Assembly (NCBI GenBank): GCA_043760135.1
Contig: JAYUPL010000005.1
Location: forward strand, 1-59,193
Source of the DNA: Candidatus Parcubacteria bacterium
GTDB taxonomy: Bacteria > Patescibacteriota > Minisyncoccia > Phycocordibacterales > CAIZLB01
Direction of reading: 5' to 3'
Length of the DNA stretch: 59,193 nt
This document shows, one piece after another, positions 19,552-27,612 of the stretch. Numbering within the stretch: position 1 is the stretch's first letter; every line of letters begins with the position of its first letter. The position numbers and the translations under genes were made by a program. Under the pieces are notes generated by a model, which worked only from the letters and a program-made list of their open reading frames with translations, did no database searches and was not told where the DNA came from.

Positions 19552-20091
19552 TTATTCTTTTATTTCAGCTTTAAAACTTGATAATTTAGCAAGCACCTCA
19601 TCATATTCAGGCAACTGCTTAATATCAGTTATACCCAAAAATGCCAAAAGTTCAAGTGATGGACGGTACAAAAATGCCCGTTCATCTGATGGGTCATCAA
19701 CACGAGTTATAAGTCCACGAATAAGCAAATTTCTTAAAATAAATTGTGAATTAACCCCTCTTACATAATCAATATCAGATCTCTTAATTGGACCTTGGTA
19801 TAAAATAATAGCTAATGTTTCAAGAGCAGATTTTCCTAACTCCTTTTGTAAATCCTCCTTAATCATATTTTCAATAAAATCATTTACATCAATGTGCGTT
19901 CCAAGAGTTACCATATCATCATAACGAATAAGAACTATACCCGAATCAGTATTAATTTTTTCAGACAAAACAACCAATCCTTGTTCGATCGTTTCAATAT
20001 CTGCATCCAAAGTTTTGGATAGGTTTTTTATTGTAACAGGTTCACCTTTCCAAAAAAGATAAGCTTCTATTTTTTGTGCAATTTTATTCAT
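19552..20091 (-). CDS. scpB: segregation and condensation protein B
   Basis: 179 aa with the IEAYLFWKGEPVTI and winged-helix repeat pattern of ScpB. Confidence 0.85.
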   Translation of the reverse strand: MNKIAQKIEAYLFWKGEPVTIKNLSKTLDADIETIEQGLVVLSEKINTDSGIVLIRYDDMVTLGTHIDVNDFIENMIKEDLQKELGKSALETLAIILYQGPIKRSDIDYVRGVNSQFILRNLLIRGLITRVDDPSDERAFLYRPSLELLAFLGITDIKQLPEYDEVLAKLSSFKAEIKE

Positions 20092-20099
20092 ATTGTTGT

Positions 20100-20879
20100 T
20101 TATATATTACCATAATGTGGCGTGTTAACTTTTGTACTTTGCAGATCTATTTCTTCAAATAATTCGTTTTGATTTGCCAATATCATATTTTGTTTAATAA
20201 GCTCCAAGAGCGCTAAAAAACTTAATGCAATATGTCGCTTATGATCCCTGAACTCTTCTTCATTTTCAAACTTCTTTCTACTTCCCCCCGAGAAAGTTGT
20301 AAATTTCATATTAAAAGCACCCTTGATTCGATCAGATAATTTATCCATCATTTCTTCGATGCTGATAGATTTTTTTATTTTAACTTTATCTATCTCTTTT
20401 TCTATTTTTGGAATCTTGGACAATATCTTATATATCCCCTCTTTTAGAGTATCAAAGTTTATATCTGGCGTTGGTGTAAATAATACGATATCTTTTTTAA
20501 AATTTCCTTGAAAATATAAATTTTTTGTATTAAACATTAATTCTATTTTTTGACCATACTCTCTCATTAAAGTTAAGATTTTTAATCTTCGCTCCAAGTC
20601 TTCGATCTCAACATTTTCTTCAGACGTTGTTTCAAGATTTGGCAACAATGATTTTGATTTTATTAAAAGCAAGATCGAAGCAATCGAAAGGAACTGAGTT
20701 TTATGCTTGAGGTAAAATTCATCATCTTGATCTAATTCTTTGATAAAATTTATAAAATCTTCAGTAATAACTGATAAAGAAACTTGATTGATTAATAGTT
20801 TTCTTTTCTCAATAAGACTCAATAATATATCAAGGGGTCCTTCAAAATTTTCAGTTTTATAAATATATTGATGAGTCAT
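20100..20879 (-). CDS. scpA: segregation and condensation protein A
   Basis: 259 aa with FEGPLDILLSLIEKRKL at the N-terminus. Confidence 0.85.
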   Translation of the reverse strand: MTHQYIYKTENFEGPLDILLSLIEKRKLLINQVSLSVITEDFINFIKELDQDDEFYLKHKTQFLSIASILLLIKSKSLLPNLETTSEENVEIEDLERRLKILTLMREYGQKIELMFNTKNLYFQGNFKKDIVLFTPTPDINFDTLKEGIYKILSKIPKIEKEIDKVKIKKSISIEEMMDKLSDRIKGAFNMKFTTFSGGSRKKFENEEEFRDHKRHIALSFLALLELIKQNMILANQNELFEEIDLQSTKVNTPHYGNI

Positions 20880-20887
20880 AATACAAT

Positions 20888-21721
20888 TTAAATCACAATA
20901 GCTTTTAATTCATTTAATGCTTTTTGTGCCTCGTCAACATTTGGAGCTTTGCCATGCCATGTATAATCATTTTCCATAAATGAAACACCTTTTCCGGGAA
21001 TAGTTTTTGCAATAATTATCGATGGTTTATTTCTTACATTTTTAGCAAGAGTAACTGCAGCAATGATCTGCTCAATATTGTGACCATCAATCGTTTGTAC
21101 GTGCCAGTTAAATGCTTCCCATTTCTTATCCATCGGGTCGAGGGGTAATATAGTTTCAGTATTTCCATCAATCTGAATATAGTTTCTATCAACAATCACG
21201 ATAAGGTTGTCGAGTTTTTCACGAGGAGCCAAAAGTGCGGCCTCCCAAATCTGCCCCTCATCTTGTTCTCCATCCGAAATCAAACAGTAGATATATCGAC
21301 TTACATTATCTTTAAAATCTCTTTTATCAGCAATGGCCATACCTACTGCCTGTGAAAGGCCTGAACCAAGTGGACCTGACGAAGTTTCAAGAGATGGTAG
21401 AAATTCTCTATGAGGATGACCTTGCAATATTGAACCAAATTGTCTCAAAGTAAATAATTTTTCCAAATCAAAATATCCAGCATGGGCCATTGTTGAATAC
21501 AATACCGGGCAGGTGTGACCATTTGATAGTACCAATCTATCACGAAGTTCCCAAAAAGGATTTTTAGGATCGTGCCTCATTTCCGAAAAATAGAGTGTTG
21601 CATAAATATCAGCCATACCGAGAGGTCCACCCGAATGTCCTGATTTTGCTTTAAAGAGCATCTCGATAATTGAAATGCGAATATCTTTGGCTTTTTGTTT
21701 TATTAGATCTATTTTTTCCAC
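20888..21721 (-). CDS. transketolase, N-terminal (TPP pyrophosphate-binding) subunit
   Basis: 277 aa with GHSGGPLGMADI and DGEQDEGQIWEA motifs. GTG start. No C-terminal subunit gene is adjacent. Confidence 0.85.
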   Translation of the reverse strand: MEKIDLIKQKAKDIRISIIEMLFKAKSGHSGGPLGMADIYATLYFSEMRHDPKNPFWELRDRLVLSNGHTCPVLYSTMAHAGYFDLEKLFTLRQFGSILQGHPHREFLPSLETSSGPLGSGLSQAVGMAIADKRDFKDNVSRYIYCLISDGEQDEGQIWEAALLAPREKLDNLIVIVDRNYIQIDGNTETILPLDPMDKKWEAFNWHVQTIDGHNIEQIIAAVTLAKNVRNKPSIIIAKTIPGKGVSFMENDYTWHGKAPNVDEAQKALNELKAIVI

Positions 21722-21727
21722 TGCTGT

Positions 21728-21736
21728 ATTATATCA
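21728..21736 (-). promoter_or_regulatory. extended -10 element (TGATATAAT) 6 nt upstream of the transketolase GTG
   Basis: The minus strand reads TGATATAAT-ACAGCA-GTG. Confidence 0.45.
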
Positions 21737-21744
21737 TGAAGTGA

Positions 21745-21822
21745 GTTTAATGAGCGAGCCGACCCGTAAGAATTTTCTTTAGAAAATTCTGAGGACTTCT
21801 CGGCGGAGCAAAGAGAATGAGC
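21745..21822 (+). repeat. E2 structured repeat, copy a
   Basis: About 86% identical by hand alignment to 57247-57322 in the same orientation. The hairpin is AGAATTTTC-TTTA-GAAAATTCT nested in GCCGA...TCGGC. It abuts the stop codon of the 169-aa ORF. The + strand reads ATG..MSEPTRKNFL-TAG. Confidence 0.8.
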
Positions 21823-22332
21823 TTATTTTAAAATGATACGAGCATAAACTTTATAATCAGATTTTGTATCAACAATCAACACATACCTATATTCTGCAAA
21901 TGAAATATCACCTCCCTTCATATCAATCACATATTGCATTATTGATTCATTTTTTACCAATGTTCCGAAGTCGATATATTCAGTCGTACTTATTACCTCC
22001 GGTGTATTTGTTAGCCAAATATTTAAATCAGCATTTGGATTGGCCACTTCAACAGACAGAATCAATTTGCCATTTAATTTTTCCAACGTTACCTTGCGAA
22101 CAATATTTGTCTTCGTATCACTATTGTATACTGTAGAAGTATTCTTTATCTGACCCTGACTATTGTATGGATATATAGCATTTACCTGATCAACATAATC
22201 AGTACCGATTTGAAACGGAGATTTATTTGGACCAATAACTAAATTTGTCAAAGCAGGTAGAAATACAAGTGCTTTTATAGCAAGATAAAAAATAATCAAT
22301 ACAAGAATAAGACCAATAACTTTTTTAATCAT
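21823..22332 (-). CDS. hypothetical membrane-anchored protein
   Basis: 169 aa with an N-terminal TM helix and a beta-rich extracytoplasmic part. No motif recognised. Confidence 0.6.
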   Translation of the reverse strand: MIKKVIGLILVLIIFYLAIKALVFLPALTNLVIGPNKSPFQIGTDYVDQVNAIYPYNSQGQIKNTSTVYNSDTKTNIVRKVTLEKLNGKLILSVEVANPNADLNIWLTNTPEVISTTEYIDFGTLVKNESIMQYVIDMKGGDISFAEYRYVLIVDTKSDYKVYARIILK

Positions 22333-22341
22333 GCTCTCATT

Positions 22342-23055
22342 TTAACACAAATCTATAAAATAATTTAGGTTTTCTCTTGCATTTCCAGAATCAAATATGG
22401 CTGAACCAATCACAAATTCATCAATTTGCAGATTACATAGACGTTCCATACTTTTACTATTTATTCCCCCATCAACTCTTAGAAACACTTCAGGAGTTTC
22501 TGTTTTAATTTTCTCAATCAAGGCGACACATCTTTCGTCAAATTTTTGACCTTGAGCACCAACAGTTTTTATTGTCATAATTTGCAAAGCTTTAACAACC
22601 TTTCGATCCAATAAATCTTTTATTACTTCGTCGTAATTAAAATATTCATCATAGGTAACAGCAATAATCACATCAATCAAATATGATTCGATTTCTTTAA
22701 TAAACTCCATCATTACAGCTTCATCTTTAAATGAAGTCGGGTGAATAATGAGAGTATTAGCACCAAGTCTTCCCCAAATATCTTTATGAAGGTTTGGATT
22801 TTGAACCATAAGGTCGAATTCATAGTTTATATTATCCCAACTTGGCAAACCCTCTTCTTCATTTAATAATCTTTTGATCTGAAAGTTGTCATCTATACGA
22901 TTGTTACTTGAAGCACTGTAAGGCCAAGTTTTTTTAGGTACAAACAATCCATCACATATATCAATATGCACTTGTGGCACATCATGTAAAATTGATTCTA
23001 TTTTATTTTCTATTTCTTGATAACTTGATTCGAGTATCGCTGGTATTATATTCAT
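22342..23055 (-). CDS. rpe: ribulose-phosphate 3-epimerase-like protein
   Basis: 237 aa with IIPAIL, HIDICDGLFVP and RVDGGIN motifs of the RPE TIM barrel, plus an internal insertion. Confidence 0.7.
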   Translation of the reverse strand: MNIIPAILESSYQEIENKIESILHDVPQVHIDICDGLFVPKKTWPYSASSNNRIDDNFQIKRLLNEEEGLPSWDNINYEFDLMVQNPNLHKDIWGRLGANTLIIHPTSFKDEAVMMEFIKEIESYLIDVIIAVTYDEYFNYDEVIKDLLDRKVVKALQIMTIKTVGAQGQKFDERCVALIEKIKTETPEVFLRVDGGINSKSMERLCNLQIDEFVIGSAIFDSGNARENLNYFIDLC

Positions 23056-23057
23056 AT

Positions 23058-23522
23058 TTATTTGTTTTCTATTTTTGTTAATCGTCTTATGTGTCTTTCT
23101 TCATTTGAAAAATTCTCATCGAGCCAGATCTGCACAATCTCTAGAGCATGTCTTTGTTCAATAAATCGTGCACCAAGGGACATAACATTAGCATTATTAT
23201 GCTGTCTGCTCAACTTGGCGATCTGAGTATTTAGTTCTATATCATTTCCATATATAAGTGCTGATCTTACGTTTTTAAACCTGTTCACACAGATGTTTTC
23301 ACCTTGTCCTGAGCCGCCAATGACTATACCTCGATATTGCTTAGAATTGTTGTGTTCAGAAATGTACTCACCGACCATTTTTATATAATCAGGATAATCA
23401 TCATGTTCATTATATATACCATTTCCAATATCAACAACATCATACCCCTTGTCTTGCAATGAGGTTACAAGATACTTTTTCAATTCGAATCCAGCATGAT
23501 CTGAGGCGATTACGATTTTCAT
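23058..23522 (-). CDS. rpiB: ribose-5-phosphate isomerase B
   Basis: 154 aa with MKIVIASDHAGFELK and GGSGQGENI motifs. Confidence 0.9.
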   Translation of the reverse strand: MKIVIASDHAGFELKKYLVTSLQDKGYDVVDIGNGIYNEHDDYPDYIKMVGEYISEHNNSKQYRGIVIGGSGQGENICVNRFKNVRSALIYGNDIELNTQIAKLSRQHNNANVMSLGARFIEQRHALEIVQIWLDENFSNEERHIRRLTKIENK

Positions 23523-23561
23523 GGAGTAATTATAGCATGAACTGGTTTTTCCCCTAAACCT

Positions 23562-23595
23562 AAAAGAAAAAGAGCCTAGACTTTTTCGTCTAGGC
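23562..23595 (-). terminator. rho-independent terminator
   Basis: The minus strand reads GCCTAGAC-GAAAAA-GTCTAGGC followed by TCTTTTTCTTTT. Confidence 0.75.
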
Positions 23596-23616
23596 GGCTT
23601 TTTCGAGAGGGTTTAT

Positions 23617-24369
23617 TTAGTTTAAAACTGGCATTGGGAATTCTGTTCCTGGGCACAATAACATATTCATTTGTCTTTGTGTTGTTTTATAGAAATATCC
23701 TGTTGAATAATCTATTCCCCATGGAGTTAGAACATTAGTTCTATATTTCAATTGGAAAGTTTTAACAGCATCAAAAGTCATATTTCCGAAGAATCCTGTT
23801 GTTGGGATGTTAAGACCTAGGTTTCCATTTAGGAAAGCTTGTAATCTTTTAACCTCGGCTACATTATTTTTTCTACCTTTTTTCATAAAAGTTTTCATAG
23901 TATCACATGTAGATGTTGATGTAATAACATTAGATACAGGTGTACCTGAAGTTATTCCAGAGAACCCACCAACTGGACCACTACCGAATGAAGATCCAAC
24001 TACTCCACCGCCTCCAGAAACTGGTGGTACTGGTGTTGTTGTAGTTGTAGTAGCAGTTGAAGTTGCATTAAAAGCAGCACAATCTGGATCAGCAACTCCT
24101 GTTAGGAAGTCACCGTCAGCATCTGTACCTGCAGCACATGATGCAGCAGTTTCTACAGAAGATGTAGGTATTGTAGTAGTAGCAGTTGTAGTTGCATTAA
24201 AAGCAGTACAATCTGGATCAGCAACTCCTGTTAGGAAGTCACCGTCAGCATCTGTACCAGCAGCACATGAAGCAGTAGTTTCTACAGCTACAATTGCAGC
24301 CTTAGTTGTTACAGTTAATAATGTCGATAGCGTTAAAAGCATTATCAGTAAAAATGTTGTTTTTTTCAT
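23617..24369 (-). CDS. secreted repeat protein with C-terminal peptidoglycan-binding (PG_binding_1-like) domain
   Basis: 250 aa with a signal peptide and two 43-aa Cys/Asp-rich repeats (SCAAGTDADGDFLTGVADPDC.AFNAT). Thr- and Gly-rich linkers follow, then VKRLQAFLN...GFFGNMTFDAVKTFQ. Confidence 0.75.
   Translation of the reverse strand: MKKTTFLLIMLLTLSTLLTVTTKAAIVAVETTASCAAGTDADGDFLTGVADPDCTAFNATTTATTTIPTSSVETAASCAAGTDADGDFLTGVADPDCAAFNATSTATTTTTTPVPPVSGGGGVVGSSFGSGPVGGFSGITSGTPVSNVITSTSTCDTMKTFMKKGRKNNVAEVKRLQAFLNGNLGLNIPTTGFFGNMTFDAVKTFQLKYRTNVLTPWGIDYSTGYFYKTTQRQMNMLLCPGTEFPMPVLN
24062..24287. repeat. near-identical tandem repeat, 129-bp period, inside the 250-aa CDS
   Basis: 24062-24158 and 24191-24287 differ at only a few positions. 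Confidence 0.9.
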
Positions 24370-24422
24370 AATGGATTGAGTGTACCACAGAAGATAATCT
24401 TGTCAAGTGTTCTACGTGATGC

Positions 24423-24457
24423 AAAAGAAAAAGCCGGTCACCCTGTGAGGGATGACC
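24423..24457 (-). terminator. rho-independent terminator of GC-rich cassette 3
   Basis: The minus strand reads GGTCATCCCTCACAGGGTGACC followed by GGCTTTTTCTTTT. Confidence 0.8.
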
Positions 24458-24480
24458 AACTTGTAGTGGAAGGTGCGGAT

Positions 24481-25866
24481 TTAGGGTTTAAGCCCTTTAA
24501 TCCTCCAGAAACGTTTGAGGTCGCTGGTAATTGGGAACGTAACGGTTGCATCTGGAGCAACAGTGACATCTGTGGCATTATCCCAGTCGGCCAAATTGAC
24601 GGATGTTTCCACCCACCAGCTTTTACGATACGAATCGGCCGTAAGACCGGTGGTTGTGATAGTACCAGTCCCACCAGCACGGATAAACGATGTTTTTGGA
24701 TTGTTAGGATACTCCGTCGTCACCCCAATCACAGGATATGCCGTCTCGTTGACCAATTTCACCATTGCCGATTGATCGTTCGCCGAGAATGAGAACGACA
24801 TCGTCGCCCCATCGATTGTATAGGTGCCGGACAAACTCCGGTAGAGCACCCAATAGTCGCCAACAAGGACCAACTGCGGAAGCACCGCCTTCTGCTCGGT
24901 AATCAAGAATTCCTTGATGTTCGGGATTGAAGTCCCGACCAGATTGGAATTGATGGGCACGATCAGATTGCCGGCGAAGTCCCGAGCAAAGATGCTCGGC
25001 AGAGACACATCCCCTTCAGGATTGAACTTAGACTGAGCCATGTTCACTCCGACCGGGTTATGAATGGTGTAGTCGTTGTCGATCCAACTCTCAACTGCAA
25101 AGGAAGCTGCCGTGAAGGTCACCGAGGTGGTGTCTTCAGGGAATACAATCTTTGCCGCGAATGATGCATACGTCGCAGTGCCCTTTGCAGTGTCTTCAAC
25201 CTTCCTCAACGAGGAGAGGCTGTCCAGCCGATTTTCGGTCGCCGGAAAGACGTCTGCATAGAATTTGATCACCGGAGTTGCAACAACCTTGACTCGTGCA
25301 GCCTGGTCTTGAAAGGAGAACAGGATTGGAGTCCCGCTGCCTACCGTATAGGTACCTGACAAACTCCGGTACAATACCCAGTAGTCGCCTGCAAAAACCA
25401 GCGGTGGAAGGTCTTTCTGTTGCTCAGTAATGAAGAACTCTTTGGTATTCGGAATTGCAGTCCCGACCAGATTCGCAGCAGGTACCACCAAGTCGTTGGC
25501 GAAGTTCCGAACAAAGATGCTCGGGACAGTCGCGTCGCCTTCGGGGTTAAACTGAGAAGTGGCCATATTGACACCGACCGGATCGTGCTGGATGTAGTCA
25601 CCGTTGCACCATGATTCGACGGCGTAGCTCGCTCCCGTGAAGGTGACCGAGGTCGTTCCTTCGGGGAATACAATTTTTGCTGCAAAACTAGCGTAGGTTG
25701 CCGAAGCAACCTCCGTATCCTTGAGGTTTTTGACGGAAGACAGAACATCCAAGCGATTTTCAGTCGCTGATGATGAGCTGTCGGCATAGGTTGTCATCAC
25801 AGGTTGAGCTGTGGCAACGAGACTCGCAACAAGTGCAAGTCCCAGATGGACGATTTTAGTTTTCAT
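24481..25866 (-). CDS. secreted tandem-domain protein, adhesin-like (GC-rich cassette 3)
   Basis: Start set at MKTKIVHLGLALVASLVATAQP (signal peptide). Two units of about 175 aa are each about 60% identical, followed by a C-terminal beta domain of about 85 aa ending LKRFWRIKGLKP. G+C is about 45-50%. Confidence 0.75.
   Translation of the reverse strand: MKTKIVHLGLALVASLVATAQPVMTTYADSSSSATENRLDVLSSVKNLKDTEVASATYASFAAKIVFPEGTTSVTFTGASYAVESWCNGDYIQHDPVGVNMATSQFNPEGDATVPSIFVRNFANDLVVPAANLVGTAIPNTKEFFITEQQKDLPPLVFAGDYWVLYRSLSGTYTVGSGTPILFSFQDQAARVKVVATPVIKFYADVFPATENRLDSLSSLRKVEDTAKGTATYASFAAKIVFPEDTTSVTFTAASFAVESWIDNDYTIHNPVGVNMAQSKFNPEGDVSLPSIFARDFAGNLIVPINSNLVGTSIPNIKEFLITEQKAVLPQLVLVGDYWVLYRSLSGTYTIDGATMSFSFSANDQSAMVKLVNETAYPVIGVTTEYPNNPKTSFIRAGGTGTITTTGLTADSYRKSWWVETSVNLADWDNATDVTVAPDATVTFPITSDLKRFWRIKGLKP
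24742..25800. repeat. internal duplication: two units of about 525 bp encoding the paralogous domains of the 461-aa protein
   Basis: ENRLD.LSS...TYASFAAKIVFPE.TTSVTFT...GDYWVLYRSLSGTYT recurs with a 175-aa period. Confidence 0.8.
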
Positions 25867-25932
25867 GATGTTGATGATTTTCTGATTTTCTGGGAACCTT
25901 GACCATTTTTGATTCAAGATGCTGACTCAAAT

Positions 25933-25960
25933 ATAATACATTATTTCTATATTTTGTCAA
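25933..25960 (-). promoter_or_regulatory. sigma70-like promoter TTGACA-16-TATTAT for the GC-rich cassette 3 gene
   Basis: On the minus strand, TTGACA is at 25955-25960 and TATTAT at 25933-25938, in an AT-rich spacer. Confidence 0.55.
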
Positions 25961-25974
25961 TAGTTACCACCTAC

Positions 25975-27582
25975 CTATTGAAGATCCATCAACGGGTCAA
26001 TATAGTGAGCTGAAATACCTCCGAAGTTTTTACTACCTTTAAACTGATTATTTATGATATTGATCTGATTGATATAATTCGCTTTTGATGTTTGATAGAA
26101 AGTTACATAACCCGGTTCAACATTTCCAGTCTCTTGTCCGACAATAACTTTAGTAGAACCTGTCCCAACCGATGCCTGATCTACTTCAGTTTTTGATATT
26201 AGTATACTTCCATCCGTTCCTTCAGCTTTATTGCGATAAGACATAAGTATTATAGAACTACCCGGTCTTCTATCTAGAATATTAAGTATGTGATTAAAGG
26301 TATAATTACTTGAATTATTATACGTAATAGCAGGAGTCCATCTTTGTGCAGAATCATAGAAATGAGGAATCACAACACTTAGTCGTATATTATTTGACCC
26401 TAGTCTATTTGTTGCATTATTTATAAAATTTACAAAGTTAGTTAGCACCGATGCTTTATTTTGCTCATATCTTGTTAAGAGATACGGTTCAACATCAAAC
26501 TGGAAGGATCGAATTTTATTTGCACGAGAATTATTGTATTCAATAGCATAATCTATAACAACATTTGCTTTGGTTGCATTTGGATCCTCTGCCCAATCAC
26601 GCCAACCTGCTTCCACATCAACCTGTATATTGTTCTTATTAGCCAATATTATAAAATTTTCCAACGCATCAGAGTATCTTCTTTTCTTCGTATCTTTATC
26701 TAACCCTGCTGGCAGACTGTTGATTGCTAAGTAATCATCAATTGTTATGTAGATCACATTTATTTTGTTAGCAACAGCACCGGCAATAACCTTATCTCTA
26801 TACGTTGCAGACATTGCATAAGGTGATGTCCATACCCATGTACCATATTCCCTCGTATCAGGATTAAAAGGTGTAACTTCACCAACCACAGCAACAGGAT
26901 CATTAACCACAGGCGATTCCACTACAGGAGCACTAGCAATTGGTGCACTTGTAGTTGTACCTAAATTTGATACTAGTGTCGCACAAGCGTCTTCAGAATC
27001 GTCCGCAGTGGCACACGCTTCAGTTTGTACAGAATTTAAAGATACATCTCCTGCCTTATATGTTGTACTAAATGAAATACTCTTAGTGATACCCTGCAAT
27101 ATATCGCCAAGCACCCAGTAGTAATTAGAAGCTGATGGTTTTGGAACAGATGATACAAAAGATTGATTATTTGAATAATAAACAGAAATACTTGCATTCA
27201 CACATGTCTCTGCACCTGCATTTTTAACATCCATTGTATAGTTCGAATTTGAACCTAATGAAAAAACATCTTTATCTAATTTAAAAGTAAGTGCCAAACT
27301 ACAGTTTTCTCCCCCGGCTGTACCAGCAAAAGATGATAGGGGCTTTGAAACAATTTCACCGACCACAACCACAGGTTTACGATCCCTTTTAGAAACCGAA
27401 CCTACCGCCTCCCCTTTGGATACAGTAGTAGTGTCCGAAAGCTGTCCAAGCTTTACATCGACCTCTTTAATTTCCATAGCACTGTCTGTGGATGATAAAT
27501 TTTGAATTACTAATGCAGAAAGTAACAAAAACGAAATTATTCCTAATACCTTTATTTTGTTGTTTGTTAAATTATTTTTCAT
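25975..27582 (-). CDS. secreted protein: N-terminal DUF11/CARDB-like beta domain plus C-terminal TIM-barrel glycoside-hydrolase-like domain (putative)
   Basis: 535 aa with a signal anchor and a Cys-bracketed beta domain. The C-terminal 300 aa show alternating beta/alpha periodicity (VIYITIDDY, QVDVEAGW, FQFDVEPY, LSVVIPHFY, IILMSYR). It lies directly downstream of the GT2 synthase. Confidence 0.5.
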   Translation of the reverse strand: MKNNLTNNKIKVLGIISFLLLSALVIQNLSSTDSAMEIKEVDVKLGQLSDTTTVSKGEAVGSVSKRDRKPVVVVGEIVSKPLSSFAGTAGGENCSLALTFKLDKDVFSLGSNSNYTMDVKNAGAETCVNASISVYYSNNQSFVSSVPKPSASNYYWVLGDILQGITKSISFSTTYKAGDVSLNSVQTEACATADDSEDACATLVSNLGTTTSAPIASAPVVESPVVNDPVAVVGEVTPFNPDTREYGTWVWTSPYAMSATYRDKVIAGAVANKINVIYITIDDYLAINSLPAGLDKDTKKRRYSDALENFIILANKNNIQVDVEAGWRDWAEDPNATKANVVIDYAIEYNNSRANKIRSFQFDVEPYLLTRYEQNKASVLTNFVNFINNATNRLGSNNIRLSVVIPHFYDSAQRWTPAITYNNSSNYTFNHILNILDRRPGSSIILMSYRNKAEGTDGSILISKTEVDQASVGTGSTKVIVGQETGNVEPGYVTFYQTSKANYINQINIINNQFKGSKNFGGISAHYIDPLMDLQ

Positions 27583-27612
27583 ATATACCTATATTATATA
27601 TAATATTAATTA

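Noticed and set aside
23807-24792. Long + strand ORFs 23807-24379 (190 aa) and 24376-24792 (138 aa), plus 24438-24680, 24515-24775 and 25341-25787.
   Set aside because: These are shadow ORFs opposite to or out of frame with the repeat-rich and GC-rich minus-strand genes. They have low-complexity translations and no start context. Stop codons are simply rare in GC-rich sequence.
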